From positions 2,075 to 66,074 of the forward strand of contig CALZIQ010000004.1 in NCBI GenBank assembly GCA_945787735.1: a DNA stretch of 64,000 nt, read 5' to 3'. How positions within the stretch are numbered: position 1 is the stretch's first letter; the number at the start of each line of letters is the position of its first letter. Source of the stretch: an uncultured Chromatiaceae bacterium (lineage in GTDB: Bacteria > Pseudomonadota > Gammaproteobacteria > Tenderiales > Tenderiaceae). The notes under the pieces are model-generated. The model searched no databases and was not told the DNA's origin. It saw only the letters and a list, made by a program, of their open reading frames with translations. The position numbers and the translations under genes were made by a program. This document shows positions 18,196 to 26,389 of the stretch, one piece after another.

Positions 18196-18305
18196 TCACA
18201 AAATATTGCGTTTGCATAATGGTAATTGGCTGTAGTCACGGGAGAGCTGCGATCGTATAGACGCAGTTTAGCCATTAAGCGATAAGCGAACGGAGATCTA
18301 GAAAA

Positions 18306-19328
18306 GTGAGTATATCTAATCTTCTGGTCCCGGCAGTGCTGTTTTTTGCGCTGGGGTTTCTGGCCAGGGTGATAAAGTCGGATTTGCGTTTTCCACCCGA
18401 TCTGGCTAAAGCGCTATCAATCTACCTTTTAATGGCCATAGGCCTGCATGGTGGCTATGAGTTGGCGAAGGCAGACATGGTGACTGCCCTTAACTCCATC
18501 ATGTGGGCGCTGATTCTAGGCTTCACTTTACCGATTCTGGGTTACTTAATACTGGCGGTGACGCGCAAGGTTAATCCGTTGGATGCGGCGGCTATTTCCG
18601 CCCATTACGGTTCGGTCAGCGCCGGCACCTTCCTGACGGCGATCGCCTATCTGGATAATATCGGCGTTCAATACGAGACATATCCGCTGATCATGCTGGC
18701 TGTGATGGAGTCGCCGGCGATCATTGTCGGTCTGTTGCTTGCTGCCAAGGCGCGTCAAACTCTGGCTGCTCAGGAGGCGGCATCATCTCAAGGTGGAGCG
18801 GTAAGTTCACCGGATGAAGGTGGTGATAGTGGTAATAACTTTGGCGAATTGCTGCGTGATGCCTTTACCAATGGCAGCGTAGTGGTGCTCATCGGTTCCA
18901 TGATCATCGGTGCCATATCGGCACCTTCCGGTATGGAAAAGCTCTACCCCTTCGTCAACGATATTTTTATGGGTATATTGTGCTTGTTCTTGTTTGATAT
19001 GGGCATGGTGGCCGCAAAGCGTATTGGTGACTTTCGTAAGATCGGCATTGTGTTGGCGTTATTTGGGGTAGTGATGCCGGTGCTAGGTGGTCTAATCGGT
19101 GCGTATGTAGGCCACAGCATTCTCGGTTTCAGTGTTGGCGGTGCAACATTGGTAGCGATTCTCGGCGCCAGTGCCTCTTACATTGCGGTACCACCGGCAA
19201 TGCGCTTGGCAGTGCCTGAAGCGAATCCTTCGTTTTACCTAACGCTGTCTCTTGGTATCACCTTTCCATTCAATGTAATTGTTGGGATACCGTTGTATCA
19301 TAGTGTAGCGCAGGCATTGGCTGGATGA
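18306..19328 (+). CDS. sbtA: SbtA-like (DUF897) sodium-dependent bicarbonate transporter family permease
   Basis: 340-aa polytopic ORF with a GTG start. The N-terminus 'VLFFALGFLARVIKSDLRFPPDLAKALSIYLLMAIGLHGG' resembles SbtA-family proteins. It is followed by a PII-like gene. Confidence 0.75.
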   Translation: MSISNLLVPAVLFFALGFLARVIKSDLRFPPDLAKALSIYLLMAIGLHGGYELAKADMVTALNSIMWALILGFTLPILGYLILAVTRKVNPLDAAAISAHYGSVSAGTFLTAIAYLDNIGVQYETYPLIMLAVMESPAIIVGLLLAAKARQTLAAQEAASSQGGAVSSPDEGGDSGNNFGELLRDAFTNGSVVVLIGSMIIGAISAPSGMEKLYPFVNDIFMGILCLFLFDMGMVAAKRIGDFRKIGIVLALFGVVMPVLGGLIGAYVGHSILGFSVGGATLVAILGASASYIAVPPAMRLAVPEANPSFYLTLSLGITFPFNVIVGIPLYHSVAQALAG

Positions 19329-19363
19329 GCTGTATGTCTCTGAGTAATAAGGTCAGATAAATT

Positions 19364-19681
19364 ATGATTAAGCTGTACCCCGAAAAACTGCTTACCATTA
19401 TCACCAATGATTCGATGGAAGAGCGAATCATTGGCATGTTTAAAAAATATGGTGTCAATGGCTACACCATTTTTCAAGTTGGCGGTTCAGGATCGTCAGG
19501 GCATATTGATATGACTGGCTTCGATGCCAACATTATGGCCAAAGTAATTGTTACTAAAGAACAGCTAGATGTTTTGCTTGAGAGTATTGAACGTAAACTT
19601 CGCAAGGGTTATCACCTCACTGTTTATATCGCCGATGTGGATGTAATTACACCGGAAAAATTCGAACAGCGTCCACGCTAG
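19364..19681 (+). CDS. sbtB: PII-like signalling protein, SbtB-like partner of the permease
   Basis: 105-aa ORF with a beta-alpha-beta PII-like pattern, 'GVNGYTIFQVGGSGSSGH', 35 nt after sbtA. Confidence 0.65.
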   Translation: MIKLYPEKLLTIITNDSMEERIIGMFKKYGVNGYTIFQVGGSGSSGHIDMTGFDANIMAKVIVTKEQLDVLLESIERKLRKGYHLTVYIADVDVITPEKFEQRPR

Positions 19682-19715
19682 TGTGGATCTGTAGCCAGTT
19701 TGGCAGATTAAGTCG

Positions 19716-20768
19716 ATGACAAACAGCGACAATTCTCGGTTCAATGGCGGCCTACCGGACTATCTGGTTCGTCATACAACCTTTAGACAGATGCAAATCT
19801 TCGAGGCAGTTGTACGCTTGCAGAGTTTTACCCGGGCCGCCGAAGAGTTGTTTCTGACGCAGCCGACGGTGTCGACCCAGCTAAAAAAATTGACCGACGC
19901 AATGGGACTGCCACTGTTGGATCAGGCAGGTCGCAAGCTCAAGCCAACTGAAGCGGGTGAGGAGCTTTATCGGGCGATCCACCGCATTTTCGATTCACTG
20001 TCCGATCTAGATACTCGCATTTCAGGGCTCAAGGGATTGCGCCGAGGTCGCTTGCGTCTGGGGGTGATCACCACAGCTAAATACTTTGCGCCAGAGATCC
20101 TTGGTGGGTTTTGTCGCGACTATCCGGGTGTGGATGTATCGCTTATGGTGACTAATCGGGAGCATATCATCGAACGAATTCAGAATAATGAAGATGATAT
20201 TTACATTCTTGGGCGGCCACCTGAAAAGGAACTCAACCTCAAATGCTATCCATTTGCTCCTAATCCTTTGGTTGTGCTGGCGGCACCTGATCACCCATTG
20301 TGCCGCGAGTCAAATATCTCCCTTGAGCGACTGGCCGAGGAGCCGCTGATCTCGCGAGAGGCGGGTTCGGGTATTCGAGATACCACCATGCGGCTGTTTG
20401 CCGAGCGCGGGTTGACTCCACAGGTGCGTATGGAATTGGGTAGCAACGAGGCTATCAAACACGCGGTATTGGGTGGTCTGGGTGTGGCGGTAATGTCATT
20501 GCATGCGCTGGTTTTAGAAGGTGCGGATGGGCCTGTGGCTGTATTGGATGTAGAGGGATTCCCAATTGATCGCCAATGGTATTTAGCCTCTCACCAGGAA
20601 AAACAACTATCGCTCATCGCTACCACTTTTCTAGAGTTCGCCAAGGCCCACGGGCCGATTATTTCTGAGCGTATGGATACCCTCTTAGCGGCATTCAAGT
20701 GGCGCCAAAAAGCGAGGAATGCCACAAGTGAAAGCGCAGAATCGGTAGTCAAAGTAGAGCTTAAATGA
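19716..20768 (+). CDS. cbbR: LysR-family transcriptional regulator (CbbR-like by context)
   Basis: 350-aa ORF with HTH '[37 protein letters not shown]'. It is embedded in the CCM locus. Confidence 0.8.
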   Translation: MTNSDNSRFNGGLPDYLVRHTTFRQMQIFEAVVRLQSFTRAAEELFLTQPTVSTQLKKLTDAMGLPLLDQAGRKLKPTEAGEELYRAIHRIFDSLSDLDTRISGLKGLRRGRLRLGVITTAKYFAPEILGGFCRDYPGVDVSLMVTNREHIIERIQNNEDDIYILGRPPEKELNLKCYPFAPNPLVVLAAPDHPLCRESNISLERLAEEPLISREAGSGIRDTTMRLFAERGLTPQVRMELGSNEAIKHAVLGGLGVAVMSLHALVLEGADGPVAVLDVEGFPIDRQWYLASHQEKQLSLIATTFLEFAKAHGPIISERMDTLLAAFKWRQKARNATSESAESVVKVELK

Positions 20769-21391
20769 TTAGTTTACGCGCATATGTATTTATCGATTCG
20801 CTGCAGCCCCAGCTGGCCACCTATATGGGAACGGTATCCCAGGGGTTTCTGCCGGTGCCCGGTGATTCCTGTCTGTGGATGGAAGTTTCTCCCGGTATGG
20901 CCATTCATCGACTCACCGATGTTGCGCTCAAGGCAACTCGTGTCCATTTAGGTGCGCAGGTGGTAGAGCGGGCCTTTGGCTCCATGGTATTTCACCACCG
21001 GGATCAGAGTGATGTGATCGAAGCGGGTCATGCAGTGCTTAATGTGCTCCGTACCGATGAGGATGCCCGTCAGAAATGCCGTATTGCCTGGAGCGAGACG
21101 GTCCGTGCCATCACGCCAGACCATGCAGTCTTGATCAACCGTCAGGACCGTAAAGGCTCCATGATCTTGCCGGGTCAGAGTATGTTTATACTTGAGACTG
21201 AGCCGGCAGGTTATATCGTCTATGCCGCCAACGAGGCGGAAAAGGCTGCTAATATCACCTTGGTGGATGCCCGGGCAGTTGGGGCCTTCGGTCGACTGAC
21301 GCTTGCCGGCAAAGAGGCTGACATCGATGCTGCAGCCCATGCTGCCAGACATGCGGTGCAAAGCCTTTCAGGGATCGATCCTAGTCAATGA
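20765..21391 (+). CDS. csoS1D: Tandem-BMC-domain shell protein CsoS1D (pseudohexamer/BMC-T)
   Basis: 208-aa ORF containing '[40 protein letters not shown]' and '[29 protein letters not shown]...[10 protein letters not shown]'. Its ATG overlaps the cbbR stop (ATGA). Confidence 0.8.
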   Translation: MISLRAYVFIDSLQPQLATYMGTVSQGFLPVPGDSCLWMEVSPGMAIHRLTDVALKATRVHLGAQVVERAFGSMVFHHRDQSDVIEAGHAVLNVLRTDEDARQKCRIAWSETVRAITPDHAVLINRQDRKGSMILPGQSMFILETEPAGYIVYAANEAEKAANITLVDARAVGAFGRLTLAGKEADIDAAAHAARHAVQSLSGIDPSQ

Positions 21392-21442
21392 ACAAGCGCA
21401 CTATAGCCGACTGCGTAACTAATTCAGATTTCTTGTATTCTT

Positions 21443-21457
21443 ACGCCCTGAGGGCGT
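21443..21457. other. Short GC hairpin in the convergent csoS1D/NUDIX spacer
   Basis: ACGCCC tga GGGCGT, followed about 30 nt later by the G-rich box 'GGGGGTGGGGGATT'. Confidence 0.3.
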
Positions 21458-21581
21458 GTCAGGCATAGGGCTGGAGTAGGAGGGGGTGGGGGATTGCGCG
21501 CTCAAGGTTCAATGTTGCAGTCGCAGTAGATTTTGTCTGAGAAGTCTAAGCTCGAACGTCTAATACTTGATCAGATTGGTC

Positions 21582-22133
21582 CTATGAAAACATTCGGCGC
21601 GTTTTCAGCACCATACGACGTAAAGAGAGTGCGTTGTTGAAGCGACAAACCTGATCCAAGTGTACCCAGCGCACTTCATGGGACTCGACATTGCCCGGCA
21701 ACGATAGCCGATCATCAATCTCGACCAAAAAACGAATGTCGAAATGCACGTGACGGGGATCGTGTGAACTCTCATGAACCGTATGCACATCCACGTCAAA
21801 AACATTCTCACTAAGTAGTTTGATGTGCTCAATGTCGACCCCGGATTCCTCGGCGGTTTCCTTTAACACCACTCGCAACATGTCGGGATCACCATCGGCA
21901 TGGCCGCCGGGTTGTAGCCAAAGATCAAGCTTGCGGTGGTGCATCATCAGCACATGGTCCCGTGCCGGATTTATGACCCAGGATGAGCCGGAAACATGGC
22001 CAGGTAGAAGCTCACGGTCAAAACAGTTGAGGTGTTGGGCAATAAATCGGCGCGTGCGGTCTACCATCGCCGCCTCTTCCATATACGGTGTTCGATAATG
22101 GGTCAGTAATTGTAAAAGTTGTTGCCGGTGCAT
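21582..22133 (-). CDS. NUDIX hydrolase
   Basis: 183-aa ORF with the Nudix box 'GGHADGDPDMLRVVLKETAEESGV'. Confidence 0.8.
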   Translation of the reverse strand: MHRQQLLQLLTHYRTPYMEEAAMVDRTRRFIAQHLNCFDRELLPGHVSGSSWVINPARDHVLMMHHRKLDLWLQPGGHADGDPDMLRVVLKETAEESGVDIEHIKLLSENVFDVDVHTVHESSHDPRHVHFDIRFLVEIDDRLSLPGNVESHEVRWVHLDQVCRFNNALSLRRMVLKTRRMFS

Positions 22134-22451
22134 GGTGTGCGATCTCAGATCAGCCGGTTATTCTACTATTTCAAAGTGTACACAATAGTGGGGGGGACTG
22201 CATTGGAATCATCAATGGCTACTATTGCTAAATATGAATAGTGCGCTAACTATCAATGCAGCAGCCAAATCAGTTGGGCTCTAGCGTTGAGTCTGTCTGT
22301 GCGGGCCTCAGTCCTGAAAGCTTGTAATTTTTGTACACTACAATGTCCTCGCTACTAAGTGGAGGAGAAGGCAAGCCAAATCGCTGCAGGTTTGCTTTGT
22401 ACGACGATTTTTGATTATATTCATTCGAATGACTTAAACGGGATCAATGGC

Positions 22452-23087
22452 ATGTCGGCACTGGTATTTGCGGTATCAAACCAAAAGGGTGGTACAGGCA
22501 AGACGACTCTGAGTATGAATCTGGCTGCCGGTCTGGCAAAAAGAGGGCGAACGCTGGTGATCGATGCGGATCCGCAAGGTTCAGCTGGGCAATGGGCGGG
22601 TCTAGCGCCAGATGAGCGGCCATTTCCATTGTCGGTGATTTCCGTGGCCGGTAACCTGGCGCGAGAGGTTAACCATTTTCGCCAGAATTATCAGTACATC
22701 GTAATAGATTGTCCGCCGACGCTGGAAACGGACACAACCAGACAGGCGATGCTGGCATCGGATATCGTTTTGATTCCGGTGCAGCCATCCCCCATCGACT
22801 TATGGGCCAGTGTTAGCTTGTCGAATACCATAGAGAAGATCAGGCAGGACAAACCAGAAATTCAGGCCTTCATCGTGGTCAATCAAGCCGAACCGCGTAA
22901 CGCGCTTTCACGCGCCATGCATCAGGCGTTGTTGGAATTTTCTATCCCTGCACTCAGCAACGTGTTGCGTCGCCGTGCAATTTATCGCAACTCAGCTATA
23001 CAAGGTGCTAGTGTATTCTGCATCGGCAAGCGTGGTGAGCCGGCCGCGGCAGAGGTTAACTCAATCATTGAGGAGTTATTGCAATAA
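22452..23087 (+). CDS. mcdA: ParA/MinD-family ATPase, McdA-like (carboxysome positioning) by context
   Basis: Deviant Walker A 'SNQKGGTGKTT', 'VIDADPQGS' and 'YIVIDCPP'. The ATG at 22452 gives a typical ParA N-terminus. An in-frame GTG at 22359 is the alternative start. Confidence 0.7.
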   Translation: MSALVFAVSNQKGGTGKTTLSMNLAAGLAKRGRTLVIDADPQGSAGQWAGLAPDERPFPLSVISVAGNLAREVNHFRQNYQYIVIDCPPTLETDTTRQAMLASDIVLIPVQPSPIDLWASVSLSNTIEKIRQDKPEIQAFIVVNQAEPRNALSRAMHQALLEFSIPALSNVLRRRAIYRNSAIQGASVFCIGKRGEPAAAEVNSIIEELLQ

Positions 23088-23242
23088 TGAAAACAACTTT
23101 GGCAGACAAACTCGCCGCAAGTGTGCGTGAGGCAAAGCAGCAGCAAACGTCAACCGAAAAACCGGAAACTCAAACTGCAGAGCCCGTCAAAGCGGAGGCT
23201 CAGGCAAAGCAGGTGCCGGCAAAACGCGTGTGGCCGGATTGA
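23087..23242 (+). CDS. mcdB: 51-aa disordered protein ending in RVWPD; McdB-like adaptor candidate (not in ORF track)
   Basis: My translation is MKTTLADKLAASVREAKQQQTSTEKPETQTAEPVKAEAQAKQVPAKRVWPD. Its ATG overlaps the mcdA TAA by 1 nt (TAATG). Confidence 0.45.
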   Translation: MKTTLADKLAASVREAKQQQTSTEKPETQTAEPVKAEAQAKQVPAKRVWPD

Positions 23243-23744
23243 TATTTTGGATTAGCCAGCAATGGTTATAATTGTGCGTCCAGGGCTAGCGCATAAAAAA
23301 TATAAAAATAAATAAAGGGTCAATTATCAATTTTGACAGCTTGCTCCCCGTATTTATTTATAATTGAGGGCGTAGGGCGTTTAGAATAATTATACATTAG
23401 AAGAAAATGTCCCGTGCTTAGTTGTAACGAATCTCTTTTAAGCTGCACGTTGTACTGCCTGCCGTATTAGATTCGTATTAACCGTAATTTTGTGGTTCGG
23501 AGGGGGCAGCACAGTAATCGCGATGGCCATCATGGCGGTGGCCTTATATGATGGATAGGGACGATCCTTACAACAGGTTTGTCTGTGTACACGGGTTGAT
23601 CTTATTCTGCAATAAAGTGGCGTTGGACAATGTAATGATAGTTCCTGATAACAATTATTCAGGCTGATTCTATATTCATATATAAGATCAAATAGGCCGT
23701 AATCGATGGTTCAGTTGGCTTAGACATGATCAAATAAGGTAATT

Positions 23745-23764
23745 AATTTTCGAATACGAAAATT
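23745..23764. promoter_or_regulatory. Perfect 8-bp inverted repeat AATTTTCG-aata-CGAAAATT in the dabB upstream region
   Basis: Read directly from the sequence, about 185 nt upstream of the dabB ATG. It is an operator or hairpin candidate only. Confidence 0.2.
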
Positions 23765-23949
23765 TTACGATTTGATGAAGATGAACAGAGTGTAAAGAGA
23801 ACAAATTATGGAATATCTGAATATCAGTAATCAGGTGTTTCTCTAAGCCAAGATAAAACTACAGTCTTCACGCCAGAGACAATAATAGAGCTTGGTATTG
23901 GACATAATGCACTTTTGGTACCTTTTTTAAATGGAGATAGTTCGGCTTT

Positions 23950-25629
23950 ATGGAGCAACTAATCGTTTTACTGCCGGCATTACCGCTTTTCTCAGCCCTT
24001 TTTATTCATGTTTTATCCAGTCAGCTTGGTCGTCGGGTAGCTGATCTAAGCGTTGCGACAGCAGTTTTGGCGTTTATAGTAGCTGCTGTGCTACTGGGGC
24101 TAGCGCTAAAAGGCAATGATGCAAGCCAGGTAGCTATTGGTGGCACATGGGGTGTCTTGCTTGCCGATCCATTAAGCACATTGATGGGAGTGCTTATAGC
24201 CGGTATCAGTCTTATCGTACGCATATACTCAGTGCGATATATGGTAGAGGAGAAGGGTTACGGCCGCTTCTTTATGTTGCTAGATCTGATGACCGCGACA
24301 CTTTTAATCATGGTGGCGGCCGGTGATTTGCTAACTCTGCTAGTGGCCTGGCACTTGATTGGTGTATTGCTTTACTTCTTGCTCGGTTTCGATACGCGCA
24401 GCCAGACTGCAAGCCGCTACGCTTTTTGGACCTTGATAACCTATCGCATCGGCGATTTGGCCTTGGTGTTGGCTGCCGGGCTGTTGTTTCACGCCTATGG
24501 CACTTGGACGTTATCAGAAATCTTTGCACAAATCACAGAAAACCCTGGTGCACATAACTATTTCGGTTTCGCGTTGGAAGAGCTTGTCGGAACACTGCTG
24601 GCCTTCGCTGCCTTTGCGCGCTCTGCGCAATTTTTTCTCCATACCTGGTTGCCTTACACCATGGATGGTCCCACGCCTGTGTCGGCATTGATGCATGCGG
24701 GCATTGTGAATGCAGGTGGTTTTCTGATTAATCGTTTTGCGCCGGTATTTGTTCAAACAGACAGCGTGTTGCACTTATTGTTTGTTGTGGGTTTGGTGAC
24801 CGCGATCATTGGTTCCGTTTTGATGCTGACGCAAAACGATATCAAAAAGGCGCTTGGCTATTCCACCATGGGGCAGATGGGTTTCATGATTATGGAATGC
24901 GGTGTTGGTGCATTCTCACTGGCTATTTACCACTTAATTGCACACGGTCTGTTCAAAGGAACATTGTTCCTTGGTGCGGGCGCCGTCATCAATGAAGCGC
25001 GCGCACATGATGGGGTGCCTAAAGATGATCTATACACCTTTGTTGTAGAGCGACGACCGGCCAAAGTCCGCCAGCCTTGGTTGGTTATGGCGGGGATGAC
25101 ACTGGCCGTGCCGATCATTATTTTGTTTATCGCGCATTGGCTTGTGGCCCAGAATTATTTTCAGCAGCAGGGTGCTATCGTGTTGCTCTTCTTTGGTTGG
25201 GTAACTGGCGCGCAATTGTTATTCACCGCCTACCGTATGGATACACAAAATGTCTGGCGCCTGGTGGGTACGGTGGTTTTTTCATTCGCCGTGATTGTGT
25301 TGGGCTATGCTCTGATCAGCCACGCATTTGATCTATTTTTATACTCAGATCCGGAATTCCGTAGCCAAATTTATGTTGCCGCTGGCATTGACGTATTCTG
25401 GTTCGATGTCCTGGTTGTGCTCACCACCGTAGTCATCGTGGCCGGTTGGGTACTGACCTATTACTCTGAACAAAATGTACTGATCAGTCAAAAGAAAATA
25501 GGCCAAATTTGGTTGGGTTTTTATGCGTTAGTCTCTAGAGAGTTTTACATAATAGATATTTACGCATGGTTGACTCGCACACTGCTAAATGCAGCCGCGC
25601 GACTAAACGTTTTATTGAGGTGGCGCTAA
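23950..25629 (+). CDS. dabB: DabB: NuoL/ND5/MnhA-like proton-conducting membrane subunit of a DAB-type inorganic-carbon pump
   Basis: 559-aa polytopic ORF with 'WLPYTMDGPTPVSALMHAGIVNAGGFL' and 'HLIAHGLFKGTLFLGAGAV'. It lies upstream of a DUF2309 gene. Confidence 0.85.
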   Translation: MEQLIVLLPALPLFSALFIHVLSSQLGRRVADLSVATAVLAFIVAAVLLGLALKGNDASQVAIGGTWGVLLADPLSTLMGVLIAGISLIVRIYSVRYMVEEKGYGRFFMLLDLMTATLLIMVAAGDLLTLLVAWHLIGVLLYFLLGFDTRSQTASRYAFWTLITYRIGDLALVLAAGLLFHAYGTWTLSEIFAQITENPGAHNYFGFALEELVGTLLAFAAFARSAQFFLHTWLPYTMDGPTPVSALMHAGIVNAGGFLINRFAPVFVQTDSVLHLLFVVGLVTAIIGSVLMLTQNDIKKALGYSTMGQMGFMIMECGVGAFSLAIYHLIAHGLFKGTLFLGAGAVINEARAHDGVPKDDLYTFVVERRPAKVRQPWLVMAGMTLAVPIIILFIAHWLVAQNYFQQQGAIVLLFFGWVTGAQLLFTAYRMDTQNVWRLVGTVVFSFAVIVLGYALISHAFDLFLYSDPEFRSQIYVAAGIDVFWFDVLVVLTTVVIVAGWVLTYYSEQNVLISQKKIGQIWLGFYALVSREFYIIDIYAWLTRTLLNAAARLNVLLRWR

Positions 25630-25630
25630 C

Positions 25631-26389
25631 ATGTCAGAAGTGATGCTGCTGTTCGCGGGTTTATTTTTACCGCTGTTCCCGCTAAGTATGGTTTTCAACG
25701 AAATATTTGAGCGCCTACGCGCGCCCAAGTTGCGTATTGCATTATTGATGATATGGCCGCAGTTTGGCCTGATCATCGCACACAGTGCAGGTATCGAAAT
25801 GCCAGATTGGATCATAGTCTGGGCGCTGTTTACCGCAATGCTTTATGGTTTTAGAGTCCTGGCATTGCGTGAAGTAGGTCTATGGACCAGTTTTATGGCC
25901 ACATCAACCTGGGCAGTTTTGTGGCTTACATTGGATAGTAATGCTGGGCTGACCCAGTCGATCTTTTATGCCTTTGGATTTAGCGTGCCACTGGCAATGC
26001 TAGTGCTAATCAGTGGAGAGCTGGAAGAACGATTTGGAGCAGCATACACAGAATTATACGGTGGCCTGGCACTGACGCTGCCTCGTTTGAGCGGCGTGCT
26101 GGTATTTGTGGTATTAGCCATTATTGCCACGCCGTTGTTTCCTGGGTTCGCTGTTATGGTGGTCTCAATTGTTGGCTCCACCGCAAGTTCAATGGCGACT
26201 GCTATGACAGTGGCTGGCATATGGCTGCTGTGGGGTTGGGCGGGGGCCCGCTTACTGCAAGGTTTGATCATCGGGCCAGCCCACGAAGAGACGACCACGG
26301 ACCTCAGTGCCGCGACGGCATGGTTCTATGCGGCAATCTTAGGCCTGTTAGTCATCAGTGGAACATATTCAATAGGTGGCTTGTCATGA
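25631..26389 (+). CDS. Truncated, degenerate Proton_antipo_M (NuoM/N/ND4)-like membrane protein; possible extra DAB subunit
   Basis: 252-aa hydrophobic ORF. 'GLFLPLFPLSMVF' aligns by eye with NuoM 'KMPVVPLHGWL', and 'ERFGAAYTELYGGLALTLPRLSGVLVFVVLAIIATPLFPGF' fits the antiporter C-terminal pattern. It starts 1 nt after the dabB stop, and its stop overlaps the dabA ATG. Confidence 0.55.
   Translation: MSEVMLLFAGLFLPLFPLSMVFNEIFERLRAPKLRIALLMIWPQFGLIIAHSAGIEMPDWIIVWALFTAMLYGFRVLALREVGLWTSFMATSTWAVLWLTLDSNAGLTQSIFYAFGFSVPLAMLVLISGELEERFGAAYTELYGGLALTLPRLSGVLVFVVLAIIATPLFPGFAVMVVSIVGSTASSMATAMTVAGIWLLWGWAGARLLQGLIIGPAHEETTTDLSAATAWFYAAILGLLVISGTYSIGGLS

Noticed and set aside
22359-22451. 31-codon N-terminal extension of the ParA/McdA gene from a GTG.
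   Set aside because: ParA-family proteins normally begin a few residues before the Walker A box, and the ATG at 22452 gives that. The extension is kept only as an alternative start.
26221-26385. Upstream in-frame extension of dabA given in the ORF track (start at 26221).
   Set aside because: It would overlap the preceding membrane ORF by 169 nt. It encodes an Arg/Gly/Pro-rich off-frame-looking peptide. The ATG at 26386 gives the conserved DUF2309 N-terminus and an ATGA overlap with the upstream stop.
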